Source: Oculatellaceae cyanobacterium bins.114
GTDB lineage: Bacteria > Cyanobacteriota > Cyanobacteriia > Elainellales > Elainellaceae
DNA: 64,000 nt
Assembly: GCA_033764315.1 (NCBI GenBank)
Contig: JANRJA010000075.1
Span: forward strand, 1-64,000
Reading direction: 5' to 3'
Below, one piece after another: positions 1 through 10,123 of the stretch. Positions within the stretch are counted from its first letter, which is position 1; every line of letters begins with the position of its first letter. The notes under the pieces are model-generated. The model made no database searches. It saw nothing but the letters and a program-made list of their open reading frames with translations, and had not been told where the DNA came from. A program made the translations under genes and the position numbers.

Positions 1-1
1 T

Positions 2-2755
2 AACTTCTTGATGGCGATCGGTCTGTTTACCGAAAACGATCAATATGACAACATCTTTTTAAGCAACTACGCCGATCTATACATGGTCGATGCGTTGCGG
101 CGAATTCGAGGCGTGGGTAATGTCATTATTTTTGGTGAACGTCAATATGCCATGCGCCTCTGGATCGATCCAACCCGATTAGCGAGTCGCAATCTGACCC
201 CTCAAGATGTAGTGGATGCGCTCAATGCTCAAAACCTGCAAGTGGGGGTGGGGCGCATTGGTCAACAGCCTTCATCTGCAGAACAGTTATATCAAGTAGA
301 CTTGCGGGCGGTGAGCCGATTAACAGAACCCGCGCAATTTGAGAATTTAGTGCTGCGAACGGAAGCGAATGGCACTCTGATCAAATTTAGAGATGTTGGG
401 CGGGTTGAGTTAGGAGCCGAAGACTACAACTCGTTCTTGCGATTTAGAGGTAAGGAAGCTGTGGGTTTAGGGATTACCCAACTTCCCGGAAGTAACGCGC
501 TAGACGTTGCCCATGCCATTAAACAAGAGCTAGAACGGCTCAAAACCACCTTTCCTCCAGGGTTAGAATATCAAATTGCCTTTGATACGACGTTGTTTGT
601 CGAGGTATCGCTAGAAGAACTAGTCGTCACGCTAATTGTTGCTGTGGGTCTGGTCGTGCTGGTGATTTTCATTTTCCTGCAAGACTGGCGAAATACATTG
701 ATTCCGGCGATCACGATTCCGACGGCTTTGATTGGCACCTTCATTTTTGTGAAGGCGTTTGGGTTTACCCTCAATACGTTGACGTTGTTTGGCTTGACGT
801 TGGCAACTGGGATTGTGGTGGATGACGCCATTATTGTGGTGGAAGATATCAGTAAGAAGATTCAAGATCAGGGCATGAGTCCGCGACAGGCGGCAATGGA
901 GGGGATGCGTGAGCTAACCAGTGCCGTTATCGCTACCTCACTTGTTTTGATTGCGGTGTTTGTGCCAGTGGCATTTTTCCCTGGAACGACAGGCGCACTC
1001 TATCGCCAATTTGCACTGACGATCGCCTTCTCGATCACCATTTCCACGTTTCTTGCCTTAACCCTGACTCCTGCTCTCTGTGCTTTGATCTTGCGTCGAG
1101 GACAGGGAATTCATGGAGGACCGTTGGGGTGGTTTTTCGATCGCTTTAATCGCACTTTTGATGTCATTCGTCAACGCTATCAGCGATCGCTCAACTTCCT
1201 TTCTCGTATCAAAGCTTTTGTGATTGGGCTGTTTATTGTGTCATTGGGGTTTACTGCGCTCCTCTATGTCAATGTCCCAACCGGCTTTTTGCCAGAGGAA
1301 GATCAGGGCTACTTCATCACCATTGTGCAAGCACCTGAGGGAGTCTCTCTCAACTACACCGATGAGGTGATGCAAAAAATTGAAAAAGAACTGATCGCAC
1401 TGCCAGAAGCCTTAGGAGTTTTTGCGGTAGGTGGTTTTAGTTTGGGAAGTGGCAACATTGCCAATAGTGGTGCCATCTTTACCACGCTCAAGCCGTGGGA
1501 AGAACGCAAGGGACCAGGGCAATCGGTTCAGGCGATCATTGGTCAGATGTTTGGTAAGTTTTCTACCATCACGGAGGCAAGGGTTTTTCCGGTTAACCCG
1601 CCAGCGATCCAAGGGTTGGGTAGCTTTGGCGGCTTTGCCTTCCAATTGCAAGATCGACGCGGTACAGGTGATATCAATCAATTGGTGCAAGCCATGGGGC
1701 AACTCTTGGGACAAGCCAACCAAACCCCTGGATTGCAAGCCGTATTTAGCACCTATGCCGCCAGCACGCCGCAACTTTTAGTAGAGGTCAATCGAGATGC
1801 GGCAGAGGCGTTGCAAGTCTCCGTTGAGGATGTATTCAACACCTTGCAAACGTCGATCGGGTCTGAATATGTGAATGACTTTACTCTGGGGCAACGCAAC
1901 TATCGAGTTTATGTGCAGGCCGATCAACAGTTTCGCTCGAAACCAGAAGATGTGGGACAAATTTATGTTCGTTCCGCTACGGATCAAATGATTCCTTTGA
2001 GTAATTTGGTGACATTGACGCCGCGCACTGGAGCACAAACGATCAACCATTACAACCTGTTCCGCTCGATTGAGATCAATGGCGGTCCGGCGCCTGGATA
2101 TAGCTCTGGGGACGCGATCGCTGCGATGCAAGGGGTTGCCGAACAGGTTTTGCCTACTGGATTCGACTATGAATGGACAGGCACTGCCCTAGAAGAAATT
2201 GAATCAGGGGGACAAGCACCCTTGATCTTTATTTTCGGAATTATTTTTGTGTTTCTGGTGCTAGCCGCTCAGTATGAAAACTACTTTGACCCGTTAATCA
2301 TTCTCTTGTCTGTACCGTTAGCGGTCTTTGGTGCACTGGCAGCCCAATCATTGCGAGGCTTGATCAATGATGTGTATTGTCAAATTGGGTTGGTGATGTT
2401 GGTGGGTCTCGCCAGCAAAAACTCCATTTTGATTGTGGAGTTTGCTAACCAACTGCGAGCAACTGGAATGTCAACGGTGAAAGCGGCGATCGAAGCTTCT
2501 CAAGAGCGGTTACGACCGATTTTGATGACCTCCTTTTCAGCTGTAGCGGGTAATATTCCCCTCTTGGTTGCAACTGGAGCGGGTGCCGGAAGCCGACTTT
2601 CTCTAGGGACAGCGGTCACAGGTGGCTTATTAGTCTCTACCTTCCTCAGTCTGTTTGTTGTGCCCGTCCTCTACATTGTCATCGTTTCTCTGCGCGATCG
2701 CTTGCAAAAACGGTTTGGCTCTGGTGAAGAACCACAACCGAATGAGGAGTATTAA
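2..2755 (+). CDS. RND (HAE1/AcrB-type) efflux transporter permease subunit, 5' end truncated by the window
   Basis: Frame is open from base 2. AcrB motifs GIVVDDAIIVVE, GFLPEEDQG, KNSILIVEFA and RLRPILMT are present. Confidence 0.95.
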   Translation, partial: NFLMAIGLFTENDQYDNIFLSNYADLYMVDALRRIRGVGNVIIFGERQYAMRLWIDPTRLASRNLTPQDVVDALNAQNLQVGVGRIGQQPSSAEQLYQVDLRAVSRLTEPAQFENLVLRTEANGTLIKFRDVGRVELGAEDYNSFLRFRGKEAVGLGITQLPGSNALDVAHAIKQELERLKTTFPPGLEYQIAFDTTLFVEVSLEELVVTLIVAVGLVVLVIFIFLQDWRNTLIPAITIPTALIGTFIFVKAFGFTLNTLTLFGLTLATGIVVDDAIIVVEDISKKIQDQGMSPRQAAMEGMRELTSAVIATSLVLIAVFVPVAFFPGTTGALYRQFALTIAFSITISTFLALTLTPALCALILRRGQGIHGGPLGWFFDRFNRTFDVIRQRYQRSLNFLSRIKAFVIGLFIVSLGFTALLYVNVPTGFLPEEDQGYFITIVQAPEGVSLNYTDEVMQKIEKELIALPEALGVFAVGGFSLGSGNIANSGAIFTTLKPWEERKGPGQSVQAIIGQMFGKFSTITEARVFPVNPPAIQGLGSFGGFAFQLQDRRGTGDINQLVQAMGQLLGQANQTPGLQAVFSTYAASTPQLLVEVNRDAAEALQVSVEDVFNTLQTSIGSEYVNDFTLGQRNYRVYVQADQQFRSKPEDVGQIYVRSATDQMIPLSNLVTLTPRTGAQTINHYNLFRSIEINGGPAPGYSSGDAIAAMQGVAEQVLPTGFDYEWTGTALEEIESGGQAPLIFIFGIIFVFLVLAAQYENYFDPLIILLSVPLAVFGALAAQSLRGLINDVYCQIGLVMLVGLASKNSILIVEFANQLRATGMSTVKAAIEASQERLRPILMTSFSAVAGNIPLLVATGAGAGSRLSLGTAVTGGLLVSTFLSLFVVPVLYIVIVSLRDRLQKRFGSGEEPQPNEEY

Positions 2756-2830
2756 GGGAAGAGAGAAAAAAGAAGAGAGAAAATAGAAGAAAGAACAGTT
2801 TCATGACTTGAGTCAGGCGATCTGCTGTTG

Positions 2831-3928
2831 CTATAAAGTTTTGGTGGGCAAGGTAATCAACACCGTCGTTTGTTGTTGAGGAATGCTCTTGATGGTGACG
2901 CTTCCACCATAGAGTTCGGTCAGGCGTTTTGCTACGGATAAGCCCAATCCAGAGCCTTGCTGTTCATGCAAGCGTCGCTCAAACTGCATGTAAGCCCCGA
3001 CACTGGCAATTTGTTCTACGGTCATGCCTCGTCCATGATCGCTCACTATTAGCCAAAACTCGTTAGGTTTGATATGAGTTGTGATGGTGACCAGAGTGCC
3101 TGCTTGAGAAAATTTGAAGGCATTATCAATGATTTCTTGAGCGATCTTTTGCAGATGTTGTTCAGCGATCGCCACACTTCCATCCTGCAAATCAATCTGC
3201 AAATCGGTTTCTCGGTTATGCTTTGTGGCAACAGACCTAGCTGGGTCAGCGATCGCCTGTCGGATGCTCTGAGTTTGTCTGCGTCGCAAGGCGGCGATCC
3301 GTTCAGGATTAGTTGCGATCAACTCCAACTCAGCTTGCAACAAAAAATTTTGTGTCAACCCATACAGTTGCTCTGCGGCACCTCGAATCATCTCGATCAT
3401 TTCTCGTGTGTCTGATGCGGGCTGCTTGTCACAGTCTTCTAACAGCACTTCTGAGAGGCTAATAATCGCAGAAAGAGGAGTATGTAATTCATGGGGCAAC
3501 GACAGTGTGATGTTATTGCGGAGAACATCAATGGTTTGTTGCGTTTTGCGGATGATGGCTTCTTGTTTACGTAATTGAGCGGCGATCGCGGCTAACAACT
3601 CCTTTCGGGTAAAAGGTTTTGTCAGATAGTCATCTGCCCCTAACTGCATTCCCTGCCGAAGATCGGCTTTATCTGTTCGAGCGGTCAAAAAAATAAAGGG
3701 AATGGTAGCTGTCAGAGTGTTTTTTCGCAGTTCCAAAAGTACCTGATGCCCATCTAACGCAGGCATTGTGACATCACATAAAATCAAATCTGGCTGTTTA
3801 CTTTGGGCTAACTCCAAACCGATTTGACCATTTGCGGCTCCTATCACTTGAAACTTTTCAAGATTAAGCAATTCAATAATCTCTTCCCGCAAAGCCTCTT
3901 GATCTTCGATTACTAAAATCTTGGTCAT
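2831..3928 (-). CDS. Hybrid response regulator receiver / histidine kinase
   Basis: N-terminal receiver (KILVIED...DLILCD...KPF), HisKA H-box HELHTPL, HATPase N box IIDNAFKF and G boxes DHGRG, GSGLGL. Start placed at MTKIL. Confidence 0.9.
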   Translation of the reverse strand: MTKILVIEDQEALREEIIELLNLEKFQVIGAANGQIGLELAQSKQPDLILCDVTMPALDGHQVLLELRKNTLTATIPFIFLTARTDKADLRQGMQLGADDYLTKPFTRKELLAAIAAQLRKQEAIIRKTQQTIDVLRNNITLSLPHELHTPLSAIISLSEVLLEDCDKQPASDTREMIEMIRGAAEQLYGLTQNFLLQAELELIATNPERIAALRRRQTQSIRQAIADPARSVATKHNRETDLQIDLQDGSVAIAEQHLQKIAQEIIDNAFKFSQAGTLVTITTHIKPNEFWLIVSDHGRGMTVEQIASVGAYMQFERRLHEQQGSGLGLSVAKRLTELYGGSVTIKSIPQQQTTVLITLPTKTL

Positions 3929-4017
3929 CTTGTCTCTATTGCTTGCTGTTTTAACCTGTTTCAAGGATGAATGGGGCTGGATGATCAAATTTTGCCTTTT
4001 GAGAGGATATCAAGGTA

Positions 4018-4123
4018 ACCTAATGTGCAACTTTTCTGAGACTACCGCCAGTTCTGACCCTCACCCCAGCCCTCTCCTATGGGAGCAGGTTTGGGATGAG
4101 GGCAAATGAGTTGTACATCACGT
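4018..4123. repeat. Short palindromic dispersed repeat / MITE-like element
   Basis: Imperfect terminal inverted repeats acctaatgtgcaact / agttgtacatcacgt enclose the common cyanobacterial ccctcacccc...gggatgaggg hairpin. Confidence 0.55.
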
Positions 4124-4314
4124 AAAGTATGGATCTTGAACAAAAGAAATGCACAGAGATGGGGATCAGGTTTACTGCGTTGTATTGTGAGCAAAGCAAT
4201 TAAATTGAGCAATGCTCTGCCTCAAAAAAACTTAGGCTAAAATACAAAATACCCTTGAGAGATTACCTAATATCGCTTCAGAGATAAAATTGATACAACT
4301 AAACATAGAAAGCA

Positions 4315-5532
4315 ATGTTGCCGACTGAGTTGCTGATGTCTCGGCAATCAGGGGAAGAAATTACACCCAAACAGTTGCCGCTAAATGACCGCAATCGAGC
4401 GATCGCCCAAGACTTGATTACCTTGTTTCAACAGGCTCAGGGCAAGACCCAAGGAGAGTTGAATCAACGCCTTCAAGCATTAGAGGGTGAAGAAACAGAC
4501 TATCGGATCAAACGGGGCTTAGCGCATTTGTTGCGAGCGAACTTCAGCACGTTTGAAGTCGTGAGTCCGCTTGATCCTCAACAATTGCGAGAACGAGTAT
4601 TTGCGATCGCCGCTCAAACAGTTGCCTTACCTCAATTAGCCAGCACAACCTTGGCAACGGTCGCTCAGCAACTCAGTGAAGAGTTAGGACAAGAAATAAT
4701 GCCCTCTCAACTGCACACTGGGCTATACGCAGATCTGATTGAAAATCGGCTCCTGACGCAGTTTGAAGTGCCCACACCAGACGCACTATTACACCGTTAC
4801 AATTTATCCCAGGTTCAAGGGATTTTCTATAAAGCCAATCACATTCAAATTACGGCTCACCGCAACGATCCAGGGGAATACAAGCTGCTGTTTCGCTATC
4901 TCAAATTGTTTGGCTTGATGGCATACATTGAAGGCGATGCCGATCATGGATTTACTATCACTATTGATGGACCCGCCAGTCTGTTTAAACCTAGCACTCG
5001 CTATGGGCTTGACATTGCTAAATTGATTCCAGCGTTGTTGCATGTCACGAAGTGGAGCCTCAAAGCAACCCTAATCATGCGTGACCAATACAGCAATACC
5101 TCCAGGACTCGTTATTTTACGCTCAACTCTGACTGTGGATTGGTCAGCCACTATCCTCCAGGCAAGCCCTATGACAGCATGATTGAGTCGTCTTTTGTCG
5201 ATCGCTGGACCGCGCTCAATTCTGAGTGGAGCCTAGAGCGAGAGGTCGATTTACTGCCGATTCCAGGGAGTGTGATGATTCCTGATTTTCGCTTGGTGCA
5301 TCCTGATGGGCGCAGTTTTTTATTAGAGATCGTGGGCTATTGGCGACCCGAATATCTCCGCAAAAAATTCTCTCAGGTGCGTCAGTGCGATCGCGATAAT
5401 TTAATTCTCGCTGTCTCAGAGCGACTTAACTTAGAGAAAGCAGGCATCAAAGTCAGTGACACCCCAGCGCGAGTCATCTGGTTTAAAGACAAGCTGTTGC
5501 CCAAATCAGTCTTAGCCGTATTAGATGATTGA
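4315..5532 (+). CDS. DUF790 family protein (Bax1-like PD-(D/E)xK endonuclease)
   Basis: Motifs RYNLSQVQG, DGPASLF...RYG, YDSMIESSF and MIPDF...LEIVGYW. Confidence 0.85.
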   Translation: MLPTELLMSRQSGEEITPKQLPLNDRNRAIAQDLITLFQQAQGKTQGELNQRLQALEGEETDYRIKRGLAHLLRANFSTFEVVSPLDPQQLRERVFAIAAQTVALPQLASTTLATVAQQLSEELGQEIMPSQLHTGLYADLIENRLLTQFEVPTPDALLHRYNLSQVQGIFYKANHIQITAHRNDPGEYKLLFRYLKLFGLMAYIEGDADHGFTITIDGPASLFKPSTRYGLDIAKLIPALLHVTKWSLKATLIMRDQYSNTSRTRYFTLNSDCGLVSHYPPGKPYDSMIESSFVDRWTALNSEWSLEREVDLLPIPGSVMIPDFRLVHPDGRSFLLEIVGYWRPEYLRKKFSQVRQCDRDNLILAVSERLNLEKAGIKVSDTPARVIWFKDKLLPKSVLAVLDD

Positions 5533-5537
5533 GGGAA

Positions 5538-7073
5538 TCATAACCCCAAATCAACGGCGACACGGTGAGCACAGGCAAAGCCCGAAAACGCTACGGCGTT
5601 CAAGCCCTGTCCTGGAAATGTACTATCTCCGACGCAATATAACCCTGGCACAGCGGTGCGATTAAAGGGCATGCCCAACAAGCCCATCAACTTGCGACGG
5701 GGAATGGGGCCATAGGTACCGTCATCGCGCCCTAAAAAGCGGCGATGGGTGCGAGGAGTTCCGGCTTCTTGATAATCGAGGGCATCGACAACGCCTGGAA
5801 AGATCTGATTGAGGCGATCGACAATACGGGTTGCCGTAACCTCTTTTTTGTGTTGATAGTCAGTTGAAGTCAAACCCTGCCAATCGTCTATCCAACTGGG
5901 GGTAAAGACGTGCAGAATGTGGTGATCTGGTGGAGCAAGGCTAGGGTCTAGCAACGTGGGAATCGAAACAAAGATAGTGCCTTCAGCTGCTTCTAACTGC
6001 TCCCAATCTTCTAGCAAAATGTGATGACACTCTGTTCCGACGGGCAAAGCATCGGCTTTAATGCCCAAGTGCAAACTAAAAAAGCTGGGCGATTTTTGAT
6101 AGCGGTGTTGCCATTTCTGCTCAGCACGGGGCATGGCTGCCGGGGGTAATAATTTCTCAAAGGTGTCCCAGCGAGTGGCATTAGAGACAACCCGTTTAGC
6201 GCGATAGACTTCGCCAGATGCCAGTCGCACTCCGATCGCCCGCCCGTTTTCTTGAAGAATGTCAGTGACTCTAGCTTTGTATTGAATGTGACCTCCAGCT
6301 TTTTCCAATCCCTCGACTAACTTCTGAGCGATTTGCCCCACTCCCCCTTTGGGATAGTTGATGCCGCCATAGTGGCGATCGCTAAACACCATGCCTGCGT
6401 TGATCATGGGGGTGCGATCGGCGGGTACAACCGACCAGCAATAGCACTCCATATCGATGAATTTGAGCAATGCTGGATCACTGATGTAGCGACGAGCGAT
6501 ATCTCCAACATTTTGGGGCAGGTACTTGACCAACCCCAGACAAGCAAAGGGATGCTGAAAAAACACTCGCGTTAGATAGCGGGGTTCTTCAAGGGAGAGC
6601 AAATCCATCACATTCAGGCAGTTAAACACGGCCCAACACTCGTCGTAAAACTTGCGAATGCCCTGCTTTTCGTGAGGAAAGTGAGCCGTCAACTCTTGCA
6701 AAAACATCTCATAGTCTCGATGTACCTTGAGATCCAACCCCTGTGGCAGGTGATAGTGAATTTGTACTGGGTCAGGAATCGTATCGAGACTGACGTTTAC
6801 TGCTTGCAACGCACGGGTCAGCAGGTTTGTTGTGCCGCGATCGCCAAACCCAAAAATCATTGAGGCTCCCACATCAAAGCGGTAGCCATCCCGCTCAAAA
6901 TATCCTGCGCTGCCTCCTGGAATTAGATATCGCTCTAAGACCAAGACGTTGGCTCCTTTCGCCGCTAACTGAGTTGCTGTTACCAGTCCGCCAATTCCAG
7001 AGCCGATGACAATCACGTCATATTCTTCAGCGAGGGGTGATGCAGAGCGAGAAGCTTCGGAGACGGCGGACAT
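5538..7073 (-). CDS. crtH: Carotenoid (prolycopene) isomerase
   Basis: FAD-binding [23 protein letters not shown] and C-terminal [17 protein letters not shown]. Confidence 0.93.
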   Translation of the reverse strand: MSAVSEASRSASPLAEEYDVIVIGSGIGGLVTATQLAAKGANVLVLERYLIPGGSAGYFERDGYRFDVGASMIFGFGDRGTTNLLTRALQAVNVSLDTIPDPVQIHYHLPQGLDLKVHRDYEMFLQELTAHFPHEKQGIRKFYDECWAVFNCLNVMDLLSLEEPRYLTRVFFQHPFACLGLVKYLPQNVGDIARRYISDPALLKFIDMECYCWSVVPADRTPMINAGMVFSDRHYGGINYPKGGVGQIAQKLVEGLEKAGGHIQYKARVTDILQENGRAIGVRLASGEVYRAKRVVSNATRWDTFEKLLPPAAMPRAEQKWQHRYQKSPSFFSLHLGIKADALPVGTECHHILLEDWEQLEAAEGTIFVSIPTLLDPSLAPPDHHILHVFTPSWIDDWQGLTSTDYQHKKEVTATRIVDRLNQIFPGVVDALDYQEAGTPRTHRRFLGRDDGTYGPIPRRKLMGLLGMPFNRTAVPGLYCVGDSTFPGQGLNAVAFSGFACAHRVAVDLGL

Positions 7074-7190
7074 ATTTTAAGAGAGCCACGACTATTGACA
7101 ATTATTAGTGTAAAGGGAAAGGGAAGAAGGAAAAAAGGGTAAAGAAGCTCTCGCTCACTCAGCCTTCAACTATTTTCCTTACCCTCGCAT

Positions 7191-7252
7191 AAAAAAGGGG
7201 GATCAGTCTGCCGACCAACCCCACCTGCCGATCCTTTGAGAGGAGAACACTA
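7191..7252 (-). ncRNA. isaR1: IsaR1 iron-stress-activated small RNA homolog
   Basis: Minus strand reads agtgttctcctctcaaaggatcggcaggtggggttggtcggcagactgatccccctttttt: a CU-rich 5' seed, a terminator hairpin and a U-tract. It resembles IsaR1 as I recall it, and the crtH/upp neighbourhood matches the known context. Confidence 0.85.
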
Positions 7253-7258
7253 AAATTA

Positions 7259-7287
7259 AGTCTAGTCTTGTTGAGAAATAGTGTCAA
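7259..7287 (-). promoter_or_regulatory. IsaR1 promoter: -10 element TAGACT (7264-7259) and overlapping Fur-box-like palindrome (7271-7287)
   Basis: ttgagaaatagtgtcaa resembles TTGAGAAT-N-ATTCTCAA and lies over the -35 region of the sRNA. Confidence 0.7.
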
Positions 7288-7572
7288 TAGTATTGCGTAT
7301 TTTCTTAGTTCAAGCTTTGTTGAAGGGGTTCAAAGTGGGCAGATAGTGATTGAATTTAAGAAAAATGGGCGATCGCCTCTTTTGACCCACTCGTCTTTGA
7401 CAACAATAAATTGAGAATTACTTGCAGTAGAGGGCTGTGGTTATGGGTCACAGGCCGCCGTTACCTCGGTGGCATTCTGGTATGAATGGATATCTTTCCA
7501 TCGCCGGAAAAGAGTATGATAATGCAGATTTCTGAGCGACTTTTTCTGCTGTTTTCTTTTGCTTTTCCCTCA

Positions 7573-8223
7573 ATGGCTCTCAAACTGCGTGTTCACGTTC
7601 CGCCTCATCCTCTGATTAAGCACTGGTTAGGGGTGGCTCGCGATGAAGCGACCCCATCAGTGTTATTCCGAAGTGCAATGACTGAGCTAGGGCGTTGGCT
7701 CACCTATGAAGCCATTCGTGAATGGTTGCCAACGATCGATACTACGATTCAAACCCCGCTATCACCTGCTCCAGCCACCTTTATTAATCCAGAAACACCG
7801 ATGGCGATCGTGCCTATTTTGAGAGCGGGTCTGGCCTTGATGGAAGGTGCACAAGCGTTGTTGCCATTGGCATCGATTTATCACATTGGCATGGTGCGCA
7901 ATGAAGAGACATTGGAGGCAACCTGCTATGTCAACAAGTTGCCCGGTCAGTTTGCGCCTGAAACAAGAGTGCTGATTAGTGAGCCGATGTTGGCGACAGG
8001 GGGCACTATTACGGCTGTGATGGCAGAGTTGGTGCAACGAGGAGTGGATCCTGCGTTGGTGCGAATTATTTCGGTGGTGACGGCTCCTACTGCTCTGCAA
8101 AAATTAGGAGGGATGTATCCTGATCTCACCATTTTTGCAGCAACGATCGATGAGGGCTTGAATGATCAAGGGTTCATCGTACCAGGGTTGGGAGATGCGG
8201 GCGATCGCACCTTTGGGACATGA
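7573..8223 (+). CDS. upp: Uracil phosphoribosyltransferase
   Basis: HPLIKHWL, VPILRAG, PMLATGG and FIVPGLGDAGDR motifs. Start placed at MALKL. Confidence 0.95.
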   Translation: MALKLRVHVPPHPLIKHWLGVARDEATPSVLFRSAMTELGRWLTYEAIREWLPTIDTTIQTPLSPAPATFINPETPMAIVPILRAGLALMEGAQALLPLASIYHIGMVRNEETLEATCYVNKLPGQFAPETRVLISEPMLATGGTITAVMAELVQRGVDPALVRIISVVTAPTALQKLGGMYPDLTIFAATIDEGLNDQGFIVPGLGDAGDRTFGT

Positions 8224-8371
8224 GTAGTCGCATCTTGGATACAGAGCTTTTCTGCTTACCGTTGTAGGCAATTTTGACAGCAAGCAGGTAAGCTGAGAGC
8301 AATGAAAAGATGAGAGATGTGTTAAGTCACGATTTTTTTGTCAAGATTAGCTGAATTACCATTCGAGCGTC

Positions 8372-8710
8372 ATGAGTCAACAAGATAACTTTGTCGGTGG
8401 GTTTTTTGCAGGGGCTGTCGTAGGGGGAGTCGTCGGAGGGATTTTGGGGGTTTTAATTGCCTCAAAAGTCGCTAACAACGATGCGACTGCCTCAGAAGAG
8501 ACGTTTCCTAAACTGGGTGTCAAGCCCAATAAGAGCCGAAAAGGTCAACTTAGACCACCCACTGAGCAAAGTATTGAACTTGCCCGTCGGGGTCTAGAAG
8601 ATAAAATTGCCCAGCTTAATGAAGCGATTGACGATGTGCGTCAACAGTTGGGTGGAGTGAATGGCGCGCCTAAAGAGAATATAGAAAAAGCGATCGCTAG
8701 AGATTCTTAA
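8372..8710 (+). CDS. Conserved cyanobacterial hypothetical protein (N-terminal Gly-rich TM helix, C-terminal coiled coil)
   Basis: GGFFAGAVVGGVVGG helix and LEDKIAQLNEAIDDVRQQL coil; upp-X-yggT arrangement. Confidence 0.8.
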   Translation: MSQQDNFVGGFFAGAVVGGVVGGILGVLIASKVANNDATASEETFPKLGVKPNKSRKGQLRPPTEQSIELARRGLEDKIAQLNEAIDDVRQQLGGVNGAPKENIEKAIARDS

Positions 8711-8746
8711 AGCATTTAAGCTCGCTAGAGATTCTTAAAGGCATTG

Positions 8747-8867
8747 GCGACTAAAGTCGCAGCTAAAAGGGCAAAACCTGCCTTCGCAGGTTACAGAAAG
8801 CCTGATTGACTTAAGTCTGTGGCGGCGGACGAGTAGACTTTAACGATTAGCCTGCAACTTTAGTCGC
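8747..8867. repeat. REP/MITE-like palindromic element
   Basis: Terminal inverted repeats gcgactaaagtcgcagctaa / ttagcctgcaactttagtcgc with an internal hairpin aacctgc...gcaggtt. Confidence 0.65.
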
Positions 8868-9002
8868 GGGCTGAATGGAACGGAGGCAAAGAAAGCGTTT
8901 AAGCTTCAAACTCTGCTCTAAGATATGACGTGAATTCGGTCATATCGGTTAGACTAATTCTAGTATCTCAATCTCATCCCTATCCTTCTTTAAGGCAGCT
9001 CT

Positions 9003-9275
9003 ATGTCACTTGTTGCCCAGTCTCTCGTTACCTTTCTAAACTTTTATTTTGTCCTGTTGCTGATTCGGGTTCTGCTGAGTTGGTTTCCCAATGTTAATTG
9101 GCTTAGCCCACCCTTCAATTGGCTCAGCCAAATCACCGATCCCTATCTCAATGTTTTCCGTTCGATTATTCCTCCCCTCGGTGGCATTGATTTTTCGCCG
9201 ATGCTGGCAATCTTCTTGTTGCAATTTGTGACTCAGTTGCTAGCACCGTTGGGTCAGCCCTCATCAGGCTTCTAA
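9003..9275 (+). CDS. YggT/YlmG family membrane protein
   Basis: RVLLSWFP, ITDPYLNVFRSIIPPLGGIDFSP. Confidence 0.93.
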   Translation: MSLVAQSLVTFLNFYFVLLLIRVLLSWFPNVNWLSPPFNWLSQITDPYLNVFRSIIPPLGGIDFSPMLAIFLLQFVTQLLAPLGQPSSGF

Positions 9276-9303
9276 AACTATTCTCTGAACTTAATAGATT
9301 GAG

Positions 9304-9341
9304 ACAGGACTGAGATGGCGATCGCTCTCAGTCCTGTTTTT
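9304..9341 (+). terminator. Rho-independent terminator
   Basis: Stem acaggactgaga / tctcagtcctgt followed by a T run, downstream of yggT. Confidence 0.75.
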
Positions 9342-9431
9342 GTGAGAATTGAGTGCGGATGGATTAACGAACGCTTTGATCCCCCTCAATCTTCTACTCA
9401 GCAAAGCCTTCAAACCTAACCACTTCAGCAG

Positions 9432-9866
9432 TTAGCGGCGAACTTTGCCTGCAAACCCAGCGGCTTTAAACTGTTTTAGTTGCAGTGGAGTGGGTTGGTT
9501 GGCGGCGACACTGATTCGCAGTTCAAAATCGCTGGTGCCAGGAGGTACTGCTTCAATGGAGCCGAGCCGAGTGCGGTTTTGCATGACTGGGTTGTTGTTG
9601 GCATCGTAAACGCGCCCAAACACATCGGCGTTATAGACTGGCTTTCCAGAGTCGTTTTGGGCTTTGCCAGTAATCAAAAAACAACTCGCTTCCATGCTGG
9701 TTCCCCCAGAGGTGACTGACCCCTCGGCTAGCTCGGCAGGGCACTCGTGATAGGTTAGATCAAGCAGTTTGATCTGGGTAAGTGCGATCGCTTGAGGTGT
9801 GGCGATAAAACTAAACAGCCAGAGACAGCAAGATAAAAATGCGAGGGTGAGTACTCGAAATGACAT
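9432..9866 (-). CDS. Conserved exported hypothetical protein
   Basis: Signal-peptide-like N-terminus; ADVFGRVYDANNNPV motif; two Cys. Confidence 0.75.
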   Translation of the reverse strand: MSFRVLTLAFLSCCLWLFSFIATPQAIALTQIKLLDLTYHECPAELAEGSVTSGGTSMEASCFLITGKAQNDSGKPVYNADVFGRVYDANNNPVMQNRTRLGSIEAVPPGTSDFELRISVAANQPTPLQLKQFKAAGFAGKVRR

Positions 9867-10123
9867 ATAAAGTGTGGGGATAGGCTGGTTTAGATTGAGA
9901 TTTAGGCGGCTGAGGCAAATGAGATAGAGCTATCAGAGGCTTTTATGCTCCTCCCCAGATTACCGTAGGTCGGTCAGCCCTAATTTGAAGAATCATAGCG
10001 TCTTACCAGATGTGGTTAAAACTTAATAGCGTTTGTAATAATTAGAGTTACTACATTACAATGAGCTACTCAATAGCTGTAATGGCTGGGGATCATCCCT
10101 GGGTTGAGTAAGGCGATTCGACG

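Noticed and set aside
571..2131. Numerous 60-180 aa ORFs antisense to or nested in long genes (here and throughout the window)
   Set aside because: They are shadow ORFs of well-supported genes and show no recognisable motifs.
2756..2800. Purine-rich runs after several genes (also about 7115-7145, and pyrimidine-rich at 44600-44635 and 61655-61685)
   Set aside because: Low-complexity intergenic sequence with no consistent unit or structure.
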